From: an uncultured delta proteobacterium
GTDB lineage: Bacteria; Desulfobacterota; Desulfuromonadia; Geobacterales; Pseudopelobacteraceae
Length of the DNA stretch: 64,000 bases
Direction: 5' to 3'
Assembly (NCBI GenBank): GCA_963772835.1
Contig: CAVYYZ010000011.1
Coordinates: 256,001 to 320,000 of the forward strand
Positions within the stretch are counted from its first letter, which is position 1; each line of letters opens with the position of its first letter. This document shows, one piece after another, positions 52,057 through 63,775 of this stretch. The notes under the pieces are model-generated. The model was given only the letters and a program-made list of their open reading frames with translations. It did no database searches and was not told where the DNA came from. Made by a program: the position numbers and the translations under genes.

Positions 52057-53244
52057 TCAAGGCATTAGCGTTTCAGGGGTTTTCATGCTGTTGGTAATCT
52101 CTTCAGCAATCTTTGGAGAAGAAAATATGGAAACGGCCAAACTCGAAATATCCCTCCGCAACTGGCTAAACTGGCGTACGTTTGTATAGTCAAGGCGCAC
52201 AGTTAAAAGAATAACATATAAATCCTGTTCGGGGTCAATCCAGATTGATGAACCGCTGTACCCGGTGTGGCCGTATGACATGTCAGAAAAATAGTCTCCG
52301 CGGGGTGACGAAAATGGAGAGTTGATGTCCCACCCCAGACCCCTGATAATTTTTCCGTTATTATAAAAGTAGGGAGATGTCATCTGGGTTATGACACGCT
52401 CTTTGAAAATGCGAATCCCGCTGTATGTTCCTTTGTTAAGGATCATGGTTGCAAATCTGCTCAAATCACTGGCAGTACTGAATAGTCCGGCATGTCCAGC
52501 CACTCCGTTAAAACGCTGCGCATTAACATCCTGTACAACCCCGGCTTTCAGAATTCTGTTCATTCCTGCCGTTGGTGCGATAACGGCAAAATCTGCCAGT
52601 GGTAGAAAGGTTGTATCTGCCATGCCGGTAGGAGCATAAATAAATTCAGCGCAATATCTGTCTAACGGGATGTGGGCTGCACGTTTTACCAGTTCCCCGA
52701 GTAGTATGAAGTTAATGTCAGCATAACGAAAGCGATTTCCGGGCAAGGTTCCCTTGTTTTGAATAATCATTTTTTTTATTAAACTCTTCAGCGGTTCTTC
52801 AGCTGAAATTTCAACATCATTCAGTCCGGACGTATGTGTGAGTAAATTAAGAATCGTTATCTCTTCACAATCTGTTCCTTCAAGCTCAGGGAACCAGCGG
52901 GTTAATGGATCAAGCAGGGTAATTGTTCCCTGTTCGAGTAGTTTCATGATGGCAGGAGCAGTTGCAATGACCTTGGTGAGAGATGCGATGTCAAAGAGCG
53001 TCCGCTCCGAAAGCAGGGGGAGGGCGGCATCCGGATACAACCGGCCTTGCGCGGTGGCGTAAAGCTGGCCGGTATGATTGCCAACAACTACAACTGCACC
53101 GGAAATCATACCGCGCCGGATAGCATTTTCCAGTATGACGTCGATAGATATGGCACGCCCGAAATCCATCAGATCATCAGCAGCGGAGAGTGTGGGCGAA
53201 AGCGAAATGAATACGGCGATAAGGATAAAGCGGAAAATAATCAC
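52057..53244 (-). CDS. Exported serine hydrolase, beta-lactamase-like family
   Basis: FDIASLTK (SxxK), LLTHTSGL, GHAGLFS, GHTGYSG; GTG start with signal-like N-terminus. Confidence 0.85.
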   Translation of the reverse strand: MIIFRFILIAVFISLSPTLSAADDLMDFGRAISIDVILENAIRRGMISGAVVVVGNHTGQLYATAQGRLYPDAALPLLSERTLFDIASLTKVIATAPAIMKLLEQGTITLLDPLTRWFPELEGTDCEEITILNLLTHTSGLNDVEISAEEPLKSLIKKMIIQNKGTLPGNRFRYADINFILLGELVKRAAHIPLDRYCAEFIYAPTGMADTTFLPLADFAVIAPTAGMNRILKAGVVQDVNAQRFNGVAGHAGLFSTASDLSRFATMILNKGTYSGIRIFKERVITQMTSPYFYNNGKIIRGLGWDINSPFSSPRGDYFSDMSYGHTGYSGSSIWIDPEQDLYVILLTVRLDYTNVRQFSQLRRDISSLAVSIFSSPKIAEEITNSMKTPETLMP

Positions 53245-53273
53245 GGGTTCGCTCTGTTGCTCTTTCTTACGAC

Positions 53274-53298
53274 AAAAAAGCCTCCGCATGCGGAGGCT
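53274..53298 (-). terminator. Intrinsic terminator after argJ
   Basis: Minus strand AGCCTCCG-catg-CGGAGGCTTTTTT. Confidence 0.8.
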
Positions 53299-53325
53299 GA
53301 AGGATGAAAAAAACTTCCGGAAAGG

Positions 53326-54507
53326 TCAGGATCGGTAGTCGGCGTTTATACTGATGTATTCATGTGTCAAATCCGAGGTGTACACGGTGGCGCACCCGCT
53401 CCCTGCACCCAGACCAACGGAAACGGCAAATTCCATCTTTTTGAGAACTTCTGAACCACGGACTTCAGCATCTTCGCCTGCAAAAATGCCGTTTCTTGCC
53501 ATACAGACATCATCAAAATGCAGTGACAGCATTGACTGATCTACTTCGGCACCGGAGTAACCGACTGCTGCAAAGATCCTCCCCCAGTTGGCATCCTGAC
53601 CGAAAAAAGCCGTCTTAACCAGGCTTGAGTTAGCAATGGCCATAGCGGCCCGCTTCGCATCTGAATCGGTTTTGGCTCCGCTGACCCGAATTTCGACAAA
53701 CTTTGTTGCACCTTCTCCATCTTTCACTATCTGTTTGGCCAGTGAAAGCAGAACGTCATTCAAGATTGCAGAAAAAACCTTTCCTTCGGATGAATCTGCC
53801 ATGATGACCGGATTTCCCGACATCCCGTTAGCCATAATCAGGCATGTGTCATTAGTTGACATGTCGCCATCAACTGTGATGGCATTAAAAGATGTGTCAA
53901 TGGCACGGCGGAAAGTCTTCTGCATAAATGCCGGTTCTACGGCGGCATCTGTGAGGATGAAAGAGAGCATGGTAGCCATGTTGGGCATTATCATGCCGGC
54001 TCCTTTTGCAATGCCTGCCACGGTATACCTGACTCCTCCGGATTCTCCGCTTTCGGATGCCATTTTCGGGAAGGTGTCAGTTGTCATGATGGCCTGTGCA
54101 ACGTCGTCCAGAGTACCGGAGCCGAGACCATCAATCAGGGCAGGGATACTGACCCGAATCCTCTCCATCGGCATCTGCACGCCAATCACGCCGGTTGAAC
54201 AGATTTGGACTGCACCGGGATCTATACCAAGCTCGCGTGCAGCCAAACGAGTTGTCTCCCGAGATACCTCCATTCCAGGTTCACCGGTACAGGCGTTGGC
54301 ATTGCCGCTGTTAACAATCAGCGCCTGTGCGAATCCTCCCGCGATATGTTCTCGGGATACCAGTACCGGGGCAGCCTTGACGGTACTGGTGGTAAAAACA
54401 GCAGCAGCCGTGGCAGGTACTTCTGAAAATATAAGCCCCAGATCTTTGCGCCCTGGTTTCTTAATGGCGGCTTCAACCGTTGAAAAGCGAAATCCCTTGA
54501 TGTCCAT
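53326..54507 (-). CDS. argJ: Bifunctional ornithine acetyltransferase / N-acetylglutamate synthase
   Basis: NSGNANA, MTTDT, KGAGMIMPNMATML, DGEGATK, ANWGRI. Confidence 0.96.
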   Translation of the reverse strand: MDIKGFRFSTVEAAIKKPGRKDLGLIFSEVPATAAAVFTTSTVKAAPVLVSREHIAGGFAQALIVNSGNANACTGEPGMEVSRETTRLAARELGIDPGAVQICSTGVIGVQMPMERIRVSIPALIDGLGSGTLDDVAQAIMTTDTFPKMASESGESGGVRYTVAGIAKGAGMIMPNMATMLSFILTDAAVEPAFMQKTFRRAIDTSFNAITVDGDMSTNDTCLIMANGMSGNPVIMADSSEGKVFSAILNDVLLSLAKQIVKDGEGATKFVEIRVSGAKTDSDAKRAAMAIANSSLVKTAFFGQDANWGRIFAAVGYSGAEVDQSMLSLHFDDVCMARNGIFAGEDAEVRGSEVLKKMEFAVSVGLGAGSGCATVYTSDLTHEYISINADYRS

Positions 54508-54630
54508 ATAAACCTCGATACCCTCGGATATGCGGAGACACAGAGAATATATATCCGGTAGTTAAAATAATGTTCAGCCGGTTTGTTGTTATACCTTCTT
54601 AATGACCCGGTATTTCAGGAAATAATGATA

Positions 54631-57324
54631 TTATTTTCCGCAGCACTTCTTGTATTTTTTGCCGCTTCCACACGGGCAGGCATCGTTTCGTCCCGCTATT
54701 TTCTGGCTTTTTGCCGGTTCCTGGGCCCGTTCTTCACCGCTTCCCAGATTAAATACCAGCTTCTTGTTTTGCATTTCCTCTTCCATCGCCTCGATTTCTT
54801 CTCCATCGTTATTTATCTGTACCCAAAAAACACGTTCTACAACCTCTTCACGAATACGGACTATCAGTTCCATAAAAAGGTTATAGGCTTCTTTTTTGTA
54901 TTCCTGTTTGGGATCTTTCTGCCCATAACCACGGAGGCCGATACCTTCCTTGAGGTGGTCGATGTTCAGCAGGTGATCCTTCCAATGAGTGTCAATGGCC
55001 TGCAGCATCATGACTTTGATGAGATGGTCGATAAGTTCGTCACCCATTTCATCCACCCGAGCAGTAAAGACGGCATGAGCCTGCTCGTATAGTGTGTCAC
55101 GAAAGTTGATTGGAGTCAGTCGGCCGACCATCTCCTGTGGCAGATCGAGTTGAAGGTTAAAGGATTTGTAGACGCTTTCACTGATCCCCTGCCATTCCCA
55201 TTCATGCGGCGGAACCTTGTCAATTGCGAACGCCGAGACAATATCCTCTATCGTCTCGTCCAGCATTTCCAGAAAACTTTCACGAATATCCTGGCCGCCA
55301 AGAATTTCACGACGCTGACTGTAAATGACTTCGCGCTGCTTGTTCATGACATCGTCATATTCAATGAGATGCTTTCGGATGTCGAAGTTATGCGCCTCGA
55401 CTTTTTTCTGGGCATTTTCTATCGACCGTGAAATCATGCCGTGAGTAATTGCCTCTCCTTCCTCGATTTTAAGAAGGTCCATGATTTTAGAAACGCGCTC
55501 AGATCCAAAAATACGCAATAAATCATCTTCAAGTGACAGGTAAAACTTTGAAGAACCGGGATCACCCTGACGTCCGGAGCGGCCGCGAAGCTGGTTGTCA
55601 ATGCGGCGTGACTCATGCCGTTCTGTCCCGAGGATGTGGAGTCCGCCGAGTTTGATCACTTCATCATGTTCGGCAAGACATTCACTCTTGTATGAGGCAA
55701 GAACAGTTTCATACTGCTCTTCGGTGGCTTCCGGATTTGACCGTTGCCACTGTTTGGCCAGAGCATCAGGGTTACCCCCCAGCACAATGTCTGTGCCGCG
55801 CCCAGCCATGTTGGTGGCGATCGTTATGGAACCTTTTCGACCGGCCTGGGATACGATCTCCGCCTCCCGTTCATGCTGCTTGGCATTCAGCACGTTGTGA
55901 GGAACGCCCTGTCGTTTCAGCAGTTCTGCCAGAACTTCCGACTTTTCGATCGAAATGGTTCCAACAAGACAGGGTTGACCGGTAGCGTAATGATCTTTTA
56001 TGTCCTCGATAACCGCTTTGAACTTCTCCATTTCGGTTTTGTAAATTACATCCGGAAAATCCGGTCGTACAAGCGGCCGATTCGTTGGTATAACACATAC
56101 TTCAAGTTTGTATATTTTATGAAATTCCTCTGCTTCAGTATCAGCTGTCCCGGTCATGCCGGATAGTTTGCTGTACATGCGGAAATAGTTCTGAAAGGTA
56201 ATTGTCGCCAGAGTCTGGTTTTCATTTTCTATCTTTACCCCTTCCTTTGCCTCGATCGCCTGATGGAGCCCGTCAGACCAGCGGCGACCGGGCATGAGGC
56301 GGCCGGTAAACTCATCAACAATAAGCACTTCCCCATCTTTTACCACATAGTCCACATCAAGCTTGTACATGGCATGAGCGCGCAAGGCCTGATTGACATG
56401 ATGGAGTATCTCTATATTACGGGGATCGTACAGGTTGTCTATCTTCAGAAGTTTTTCTACTTTCAGAACACCTTGTTCAGTCAAGGTTGCGCTTTTGGCT
56501 TTTTCATCAATAGTGAAATCCCCGGTATATTCCTTTCGCTTGCCTGAAAGAGTATTGGCCTCAACTTCAAGGACTTCACCTTTTTCCAGTTTTGGAATGA
56601 TGGCATTAATAATGTAATATTTGTCGGTTGAATCTTCCGTCGGGCCGGAAATAATCAGTGGAGTGCGGGCCTCGTCGATGAGAATAGAGTCTACTTCGTC
56701 CACGATAGAGTAGTTAAAACCGCGCTGAACGTAGTCATCAAGGTTAAACTTCATATTATCACGCAAATAATCGAAGCCAAATTCGTTGTTTGTTCCATAT
56801 GTAATATCGGCAGCATAGTTCATGCGTCGCTGGTCATCTTCAACACCATGAACGATGATCCCTACCGTCAATCCGAGGAAATTGTACAGGCGCCCCATCC
56901 ATTCGGAGTCACGCTTTGCCAGATAATCATTGACGGTTACAACGTGAACCCCCTTGCCGGAAATTGCATTTAGGTAGGCGGGGAGGGTGGCCACCAGAGT
57001 TTTCCCCTCGCCGGTTTTCATTTCGGCAATTTTGCCAGCATGCAGTACCATTCCGCCAATCAACTGAACATCAAAATGACGCATGCCGAGAACTCGTTTA
57101 CCCGCTTCGCGGCAGACGGCAAATGCTTCAGGTAACAATGAATCTAGAGATTCCCCCTTTGCGCACCTCTCCTTGAATTCCACGGTCTTATTGGTAAGTT
57201 GTGCGTCTGAAAGTGCCGAGGTGGAAGCTTCAAGGGCATTTATTTTTGAAACAACCGGCCACATTTTTTTTATTTCGCGTTCGTTCTTGCTACCGATAAA
57301 CTTTTTCAAAAGGGAACTGAACAT
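54631..57324 (-). CDS. secA: Preprotein translocase subunit SecA
   Basis: [34 protein letters not shown]. Confidence 0.98.
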   Translation of the reverse strand: MFSSLLKKFIGSKNEREIKKMWPVVSKINALEASTSALSDAQLTNKTVEFKERCAKGESLDSLLPEAFAVCREAGKRVLGMRHFDVQLIGGMVLHAGKIAEMKTGEGKTLVATLPAYLNAISGKGVHVVTVNDYLAKRDSEWMGRLYNFLGLTVGIIVHGVEDDQRRMNYAADITYGTNNEFGFDYLRDNMKFNLDDYVQRGFNYSIVDEVDSILIDEARTPLIISGPTEDSTDKYYIINAIIPKLEKGEVLEVEANTLSGKRKEYTGDFTIDEKAKSATLTEQGVLKVEKLLKIDNLYDPRNIEILHHVNQALRAHAMYKLDVDYVVKDGEVLIVDEFTGRLMPGRRWSDGLHQAIEAKEGVKIENENQTLATITFQNYFRMYSKLSGMTGTADTEAEEFHKIYKLEVCVIPTNRPLVRPDFPDVIYKTEMEKFKAVIEDIKDHYATGQPCLVGTISIEKSEVLAELLKRQGVPHNVLNAKQHEREAEIVSQAGRKGSITIATNMAGRGTDIVLGGNPDALAKQWQRSNPEATEEQYETVLASYKSECLAEHDEVIKLGGLHILGTERHESRRIDNQLRGRSGRQGDPGSSKFYLSLEDDLLRIFGSERVSKIMDLLKIEEGEAITHGMISRSIENAQKKVEAHNFDIRKHLIEYDDVMNKQREVIYSQRREILGGQDIRESFLEMLDETIEDIVSAFAIDKVPPHEWEWQGISESVYKSFNLQLDLPQEMVGRLTPINFRDTLYEQAHAVFTARVDEMGDELIDHLIKVMMLQAIDTHWKDHLLNIDHLKEGIGLRGYGQKDPKQEYKKEAYNLFMELIVRIREEVVERVFWVQINNDGEEIEAMEEEMQNKKLVFNLGSGEERAQEPAKSQKIAGRNDACPCGSGKKYKKCCGK

Positions 57325-57454
57325 GTGATTATCTCCCGAAGGTTTAAATAAGTGGAAACAACATTAATCACTACCATATATCGTTAATATTTGCCATAAG
57401 GCTTTGCTTTCTCCGTCGCGTGTGGTGCCGATGAAGCCCGCAGTATCGAAACAG

Positions 57455-58549
57455 TTAGACATTAAACCGGAAATGCATAACGTCGCCATCCTTAACGACA
57501 TACTCTTTTCCTTCCAATCTCATCAATCCCTTTTCTTTAGCCCCGGATTCTCCCGAGCAGGATATGAAATCGTTAAAACTGATTACTTCGGCACGAATGA
57601 ACCCCTTTTCGAAATCCGAGTGAATCACGCCGGCCGCTTGCGGCGCCTTGGTGTTCTTGACGATTGTCCAGGCGCGAACCTCCTTGACACCTGCGGTGAA
57701 ATAAGTAATGAGACCTAATAACGCATATCCGCTGCGAATGAGACGGTCAAGACCTGCTTCCTCAAGGCCCATATCATCTAGAAAAGCCTGTTTTTCCGGA
57801 GTATCAAGCTCCGCAATTTCGGCCTCCAGTTTTCCGCAGATAACTACTACACCGGCTCCTTCGGCAGAGGCAATGTTCCGAACCGTGGCAACGTTGGGGT
57901 GACTGCCTTCCAGGTCATCTTCAGCTACGTTGGCAACATACAGTACCGGTTTGTCGGTCAGAAGGTGAAGGTCGCGCATCCAGATTTTCTCGTCCTCATT
58001 CTGGGCGATACCCTGAAGTTTTTTGACCTGTTCGAGAAGAGCCCGAACCCGTAGATATAAATCCACTTCTTCCTTGGCTTTAATGTCACCGCTACGAGCC
58101 ATTTTTTCAGCCCGCTGTAATTTCTTTTCGATGGTGTCAAGGTCTGCAAGAGCGAGTTCGGTGTTTATGACCTCTATGTCATCGGCGGGTGAGACTCGTC
58201 CATTCACATGGACGACATTGTCGTCATCGAAACAGCGTACAACATGCACTATCGCATCAACACTGCGAATATGGCCCAGAAACTGGTTTCCGAGACCCTC
58301 TCCCTGACTTGCACCTTTGACAAGGCCGGCTATATCGACAAATTCAATAGTCGTAGGTTGTATTTTCTGTGGGTTAACGATCGCGGATAATTTGTCCATT
58401 CGGGGGTCGGGTACCTGAACGATCCCGATATTTGGTTCAATTGTACAAAACGGATAATTTGCAGATTCGGCACCTGCTGATGTGAGAGCATTAAAGATGG
58501 TAGATTTGCCGACATTCGGCAGCCCGACAATTCCGCAGTTAAAACCCAT
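57455..58549 (-). CDS. ychF: Ribosome-binding ATPase YchF
   Basis: [27 protein letters not shown]. Confidence 0.97.
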   Translation of the reverse strand: MGFNCGIVGLPNVGKSTIFNALTSAGAESANYPFCTIEPNIGIVQVPDPRMDKLSAIVNPQKIQPTTIEFVDIAGLVKGASQGEGLGNQFLGHIRSVDAIVHVVRCFDDDNVVHVNGRVSPADDIEVINTELALADLDTIEKKLQRAEKMARSGDIKAKEEVDLYLRVRALLEQVKKLQGIAQNEDEKIWMRDLHLLTDKPVLYVANVAEDDLEGSHPNVATVRNIASAEGAGVVVICGKLEAEIAELDTPEKQAFLDDMGLEEAGLDRLIRSGYALLGLITYFTAGVKEVRAWTIVKNTKAPQAAGVIHSDFEKGFIRAEVISFNDFISCSGESGAKEKGLMRLEGKEYVVKDGDVMHFRFNV

Positions 58550-58553
58550 GGCA

Positions 58554-59135
58554 CTATTCCTCTAAAAAATTATTATTATTGAAAAGACTCATCGACTTAG
58601 GAAGTCCTTCTTTAAGCATTACTTCGATCATTTCTTTGCCACCATCAAGAATTCTGGTCAAGACTTGCATCTGTTCTGGAGGAATTTTTCCCAATACATG
58701 ACCGGTCGTGTCCCTTTCTGCAGATTTCCCGATACCTATGCGAAGACGTGTAAAGTCTCCTTTTCCAAGGTTTTCCATTATGGAGCGCAAACCATTGTGT
58801 CCACCATGACCTCCGCTCTGCTTGAAACGGACAACTCCAAACGGAAGATCGAGTTCATCATGGATGACAATGAGATTTGAAATCGGCAGTTTGTGGAATT
58901 GGAGAGCCTGCATGATTGAGATTCCTGACAGATTCATGAACGTCTGCGGTTTAAGCAGAATCAGGCGGTTACCGGAAAAATTCCATTCACCGCAAAAACC
59001 TGAAAAAGATTTCTTTGAAATAGAAATATTTTCCAGGTAAGCAAGGCGATCCAAAAAAAGAAAACCCGCATTATGGCGGGTCCACTGATAAGTGGGGCCG
59101 GGATTGCCCAGCCCCGCAATTATATAGGTATTCAT
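58554..59135 (-). CDS. pth: Peptidyl-tRNA hydrolase
   Basis: GLGNPG, TRHNAG, KPQTFMN, GGHNG. Confidence 0.96.
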   Translation of the reverse strand: MNTYIIAGLGNPGPTYQWTRHNAGFLFLDRLAYLENISISKKSFSGFCGEWNFSGNRLILLKPQTFMNLSGISIMQALQFHKLPISNLIVIHDELDLPFGVVRFKQSGGHGGHNGLRSIMENLGKGDFTRLRIGIGKSAERDTTGHVLGKIPPEQMQVLTRILDGGKEMIEVMLKEGLPKSMSLFNNNNFLEE

Positions 59136-59152
59136 ACTCAATAGTTATTCTG

Positions 59153-59740
59153 CTATTCGGCTGCCGGTGCTTCTTCTTCTTTGATTCTTCCAAGAACGCT
59201 GACTACAGGAATCTTGGGTTGGTCAAGAATAACAATACCTTCAGGCAGAAGAATGTCGCAGACATGTATCGAGTGGGCCACTTTAAGATCAGTTACATCG
59301 ATAACAATGCTGTCCGGGATGTTTCCCGGCAAACATTCTATGTGCAGTTCATGATGAGCCAGATCGAGCAGTCCACCTTCTTTAACACCGATTGCAGTGC
59401 CCGTCAGAACGACAGGAACGGTAATGCGGAGTTTTTCATTCGGATTGATGCGGTGGAGATCAACGTGCTTAAAAGTACGCTTGATCGGATCACGCTGAAT
59501 ATCTGCAACGATTGCAATATTCTGATCGAGGTTTCCGCCTCCAATCAGAGTGATCAGGTTGTTCTGTCCTCCGGCACCGGAAATGGCATCCTGTAGATCA
59601 CGCATTTTTATGCTGACCGTCACCGGGTCGAGTCCTTTGCCGTAAACAACGCCAGGAACCATATCAATCATGCGAAGTCTTCGGCTTACACCGGTACCGG
59701 TCTTTGTGCGTAGTTCAATATTCATTTGTTTCTGTTGCAT
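59153..59740 (-). CDS. rplY: 50S ribosomal protein L25 / general stress protein Ctc
   Basis: SRRLR..VPGVVYG, HVDL, C-terminal Ctc domain. Confidence 0.93.
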   Translation of the reverse strand: MQQKQMNIELRTKTGTGVSRRLRMIDMVPGVVYGKGLDPVTVSIKMRDLQDAISGAGGQNNLITLIGGGNLDQNIAIVADIQRDPIKRTFKHVDLHRINPNEKLRITVPVVLTGTAIGVKEGGLLDLAHHELHIECLPGNIPDSIVIDVTDLKVAHSIHVCDILLPEGIVILDQPKIPVVSVLGRIKEEEAPAAE

Positions 59741-59795
59741 ACGTTCCTCCACGTGTAGTGACGGGTCAATCCGCCCTATTCAAAATAAATATATT

Positions 59796-60740
59796 TTATA
59801 CAAACAGTGAACTTACTGACTCATCCTCATGAATGCGCCTGATTGCTTCGGCCAACAGGCCAGCAACAGAAAGCATTCTGATTTTTGAAGATCCATTATC
59901 ACCGGTTATTGCAGGTATTGTATCAGTTAAAACTATTTCTTCAATGTCAGAAGCATTGATCCGCTCAATAGCAGGACCAGACAGCACTCCATGTGTGGCA
60001 CAGGCATAGATTGCTTTGGCGCCATTTGCCTTGAGTGCTTTAGCCGCTTGCGTAAGTGTCCCGGCCGTATCAATCATATCATCTAGGATAATTGCAATTT
60101 TATCACGAACATCGCCGATCAGGTGCATTACTTCAGCCACATTAGGTCCGGTCCGGCGTTTGTCAATTACGGCAAGAGAGTATTGAAGTCGCTTGGCGAA
60201 TGCCCGGGCTCTCTCCGTACCTCCGGCATCCGGGGAAACCATGACTACTTGTTCGCCGCTGAATCGGTCTTTAAGATAATCGAGAATAACCGGAGCTGCG
60301 TATAGGTTGTCAACCGGGATATTGAAGAATCCCTGGATTTGCCCAGCGTGAAGGTCAATGGTGACAACTCTGCTGACTCCGGCCGTTGTGATCAGGTCCG
60401 CAACGAGTTTGGCGGTGATCGGAGTCCGTGGAGCTGCTTTGCGATCCTGGCGGGCGTAGCCGTAATAGGGGATTACAGCGGTAATGGTTGCTGCTGATGC
60501 CCGCTTCAAGGCATCAGTAATAACCAGAAGTTCCATCAGGTTGTCATTGGTCGGTGCACAGGTTGATTGGACAATATACACATCCCGCCCGCGTACATTC
60601 TCGCCGATCTCAACCATGACTTCGCCATCTGAGAATCTCCGTACCCGTGCTGCACCTAGAGGTACACCCAGGCTGTCGCATATTCTTTGAGCGAGATCAG
60701 GATTCGAGTTGCCGGAAAATATCTTTATTTTTTCATACAT
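59796..60740 (-). CDS. prs: Ribose-phosphate pyrophosphokinase
   Basis: [27 protein letters not shown]. Confidence 0.97.
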   Translation of the reverse strand: MYEKIKIFSGNSNPDLAQRICDSLGVPLGAARVRRFSDGEVMVEIGENVRGRDVYIVQSTCAPTNDNLMELLVITDALKRASAATITAVIPYYGYARQDRKAAPRTPITAKLVADLITTAGVSRVVTIDLHAGQIQGFFNIPVDNLYAAPVILDYLKDRFSGEQVVMVSPDAGGTERARAFAKRLQYSLAVIDKRRTGPNVAEVMHLIGDVRDKIAIILDDMIDTAGTLTQAAKALKANGAKAIYACATHGVLSGPAIERINASDIEEIVLTDTIPAITGDNGSSKIRMLSVAGLLAEAIRRIHEDESVSSLFV

Positions 60741-60883
60741 GGTGTTCGAACACCTTTCGAAATTGGAGCAGAGTGATAAGCTGTGCGCTAAATAAAAGAG
60801 AGATATACTAAAAAAAACACTGAAATGCAACTTCTTTCGACTTGCTCTGTTAAAGATGGATGGAGAAATTTCTGTCTCTACCG

Positions 60884-62725
60884 TCAGTATTTCTCAATAA
60901 TTCCTTCCTGCAGAGCGAATAAAAGAAATTCATTGACTTCTGCTTTGGTTAATTCCGTTCCGGATACGATGATTCTGCCGTCACCATTTTGAATCTGTTT
61001 CAACAAATTTATGTAGGGAGTCGCCAGTGTTTCTGTATGAACGGCTCTGTCATTACTATAGATAACTGCCTGAGAGCCGGATTGGCAAAGATTCTTGGTC
61101 ATCCAGGATATGCGAGGTTCTCCGCATTCGAGTAATTCTTCTATGTCATACGTAAATTCGACAATACGGACTGAAGAAATAAGTCTGAAGCGGGCATCAC
61201 ACCAGTTGTCAGATGTCAGAGTATCTGCGTGTGTATCCGGTGCAGGAGCGAGTAGTACTGAGGAATAATGATAGTGATAATTTAGGAGGTCAAACACAAG
61301 GGGCAGAAACTGATTCAGTTTTTTGAGGTTAAAAATATGTTTCAGAAAAAGCTGCTGCATTTTCCAGATGTCATCATCACGTAAATCTGACTCTTTCGTG
61401 TCTTTTCCCCGGGCTTCAATCAGCCAGAGGCTAAACTTCTGTAATACATCTGCCGGCTTCATTCTAAGAGCGGCAGCTACGGCGTTAAACCACGCAACCG
61501 CTTTGCCCCGCGTATAAAAAATATCACATGCCGCAGCAAGTTCAGAAGCTGCGGCCATGTCTGCCGTACTGAAACTGTCGGTCGCCTCCACTATATAGGG
61601 GGGGGTATTGACCCATTGTATATGAAGTGCTGTCGCGTGCTTCGCCAGCCGGGTTCCCGGCAGAACTGCCAGTGGAAAAATATCAAGATGATTCGGATAG
61701 AGCGACAGAGCATAATCGAGAGTGTCCCGAAAGCCCTTCAGAGAATCTCCCGGAAGCCCGTAAATCAGGTCAAAACCGAAAACCGCACCGCTTTCGTTAA
61801 GCAGGCCGACCTTTACCGAAAAGTCGGCTTTATCGAATGAACGGCCCACAATCCTGAGAACCACAGGATCGGCGCTTTGCAGTCCAATCTGCAATGAGCA
61901 TGCAATTCGGGCGAAGAGCTTCGCCATTTCGCGATCTATAAACTCATTTCGAATCTCAAAATGAAAGTGAATATCAGGTGCATTTTTCTCTATCAACCGC
62001 AGAAGATTTTTTGCACGTTTTGGATTCAAGTTGAAGGTTGAATCAAGCACGAAAATCTGGCTGACTCCGGATGCGGAAAAATGGTGTAATTCTGCTTCCA
62101 GCCTCTCTAAAGAAAACTGACGAACGCCATGAATTCCTCTTGCATCAAAACAAAAGTCACAGGTAAAGCTGCAGCCGCGTGATAATTGCCAGAGAATACC
62201 TGAGTATTTGTGGGAGTCGATCACTCCAGTCAGGTACGGTGACGGGATTGAATCAAGGTCTGTAACAGGGGGAGGGACGGTGAGAACAACTGAACCGGGG
62301 AGCACAACGCCCGGTATTTTCGAATAATCTCTACCATATTCAAGCGCTTGACAAAATGATGAAAAAGGGACCTCACCTTCCCCTATAATGATAAAGTTGA
62401 AAATCTCCAGGTTTAAAAAAGATTCGGGATCCGCGGTGACTTCAGGCCCCCCGCAAAACAGGATGACAGCAGGATTATTACGCCGTAATTCTGCTGCAAT
62501 TTCACAACTGAATGTGCGATTCCAGAGATATATTGAAAAACCGACTGCAACCGGGGGAGGCTCAACAAGTTTCGCAGCGCATGTTGATACCTCTTCTCCA
62601 AGAAAAAAATCAACCAGATTGATACTAACGGCGCTCTTCAGCGCATACGCTTTCAGGAACGCGTTCGCCAGTGGAATTGATTGCGGCGAAGGGCATGGGT
62701 GAATCGAAACAAGATTGATCATCAT
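60884..62725 (-). CDS. Cobalamin-binding radical SAM protein with long C-terminal extension
   Basis: N-terminal B12-binding signature ([17 protein letters not shown]), [24 protein letters not shown]. Confidence 0.88.
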   Translation of the reverse strand: MMINLVSIHPCPSPQSIPLANAFLKAYALKSAVSINLVDFFLGEEVSTCAAKLVEPPPVAVGFSIYLWNRTFSCEIAAELRRNNPAVILFCGGPEVTADPESFLNLEIFNFIIIGEGEVPFSSFCQALEYGRDYSKIPGVVLPGSVVLTVPPPVTDLDSIPSPYLTGVIDSHKYSGILWQLSRGCSFTCDFCFDARGIHGVRQFSLERLEAELHHFSASGVSQIFVLDSTFNLNPKRAKNLLRLIEKNAPDIHFHFEIRNEFIDREMAKLFARIACSLQIGLQSADPVVLRIVGRSFDKADFSVKVGLLNESGAVFGFDLIYGLPGDSLKGFRDTLDYALSLYPNHLDIFPLAVLPGTRLAKHATALHIQWVNTPPYIVEATDSFSTADMAAASELAAACDIFYTRGKAVAWFNAVAAALRMKPADVLQKFSLWLIEARGKDTKESDLRDDDIWKMQQLFLKHIFNLKKLNQFLPLVFDLLNYHYHYSSVLLAPAPDTHADTLTSDNWCDARFRLISSVRIVEFTYDIEELLECGEPRISWMTKNLCQSGSQAVIYSNDRAVHTETLATPYINLLKQIQNGDGRIIVSGTELTKAEVNEFLLFALQEGIIEKY

Positions 62726-62736
62726 GCCGCCTTACC

Positions 62737-63738
62737 TCATATTTCGGGCTGATTCTGACGCTTTTTGCCATGTTTCGGAGGAATTCTGTTGAAAGAAAGC
62801 ATCGTATGAGCAACGCATCCCCCGCTGCACTGTCTCCTGCGAAGATAGCCGCAATCCATACATTCCGGCATGCAGCCGAATTGTTTATATGGAAGGAGTT
62901 GACTGGTATAGTATTCGTCAAGTTCCTTAATGTCTTTAAACTCATCCAGGCGTGTATTGAGGACTCCCGACAACGGGAAACAATTCCATACATCGAGGTT
63001 AGGACCAATATCCATGACCGGTTTGCATACACTGTTAAACCCCTGTGTTGATGTGATTATTCCACCAAGTTCCTCTTCAGAGAACATGCACATAGTCATT
63101 CCGCAGTCAAAACCTATCATGATGTCCCGCTCAATAAGGTTTCTGGCCATGGCAAGAATTGCTGTTCCGATTGTTTTGTAATTACCCACCGGCAGATACT
63201 CATTGGAAACACCGACAATAGGCTGAGCAATTCCGACCCGAAGCTGTCTGCCGAGCTGATGCCTTTCGATAGTGTCTATAAGATACTGGTACTCAATGTC
63301 TTCCGAAGTCACTGTGATGCCCAGTTTTCCTTTGTGGCCAATCTTGCTTAGAAAATACTCCACATCTCCTTTTTGAGCTTCTGTAAGGGTCGCCTGTGGC
63401 GATACATTACACAACGCGGAAAACTGCTCTGGTGTAAGGTCGCCTAAATAATCGGCAATCTCGCGTGTCATCATGCCATTTGTAAAAATGTGAACATGAA
63501 ATTTTCGTTCCAGTGCCTCCTTGACGATTTCAACAAACTGCGGATGCTGTGTCGGTTCTCCTCCGAGGAGCCGCAGGTTCTTGTCATTAGAGCGATCCAG
63601 AAAATCCATTACATAGCGGATATTTTCCATTGACATATGCATGGTCGAACCTTCCTGAGCGCCGTCACCGAGGCGTTGGCGGGCAAAACAGAAAGTACAG
63701 GCTCGATAACAGACATTGGTAATCAGAATATTTGGCAT
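62737..63738 (-). CDS. Radical SAM / SPASM-domain protein
   Basis: CYRACTFC, LLGGEPT, FTNG; C-terminal Cys cluster CKP...NCFP...CMDC...CSGGC; AAGGAG RBS. Confidence 0.85.
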   Translation of the reverse strand: MPNILITNVCYRACTFCFARQRLGDGAQEGSTMHMSMENIRYVMDFLDRSNDKNLRLLGGEPTQHPQFVEIVKEALERKFHVHIFTNGMMTREIADYLGDLTPEQFSALCNVSPQATLTEAQKGDVEYFLSKIGHKGKLGITVTSEDIEYQYLIDTIERHQLGRQLRVGIAQPIVGVSNEYLPVGNYKTIGTAILAMARNLIERDIMIGFDCGMTMCMFSEEELGGIITSTQGFNSVCKPVMDIGPNLDVWNCFPLSGVLNTRLDEFKDIKELDEYYTSQLLPYKQFGCMPECMDCGYLRRRQCSGGCVAHTMLSFNRIPPKHGKKRQNQPEI

Positions 63739-63775
63739 TATATCTCCTTTAAATAGACCGGGTGGTCCCGTTGAA

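Noticed and set aside
53636..54511. 291-aa plus-strand ORF
   Set aside because: Antisense shadow of argJ.
62625..63032. 135-aa minus-strand ORF as a RiPP precursor
   Set aside because: Overlaps both radical SAM genes in another frame and has no leader/core features.
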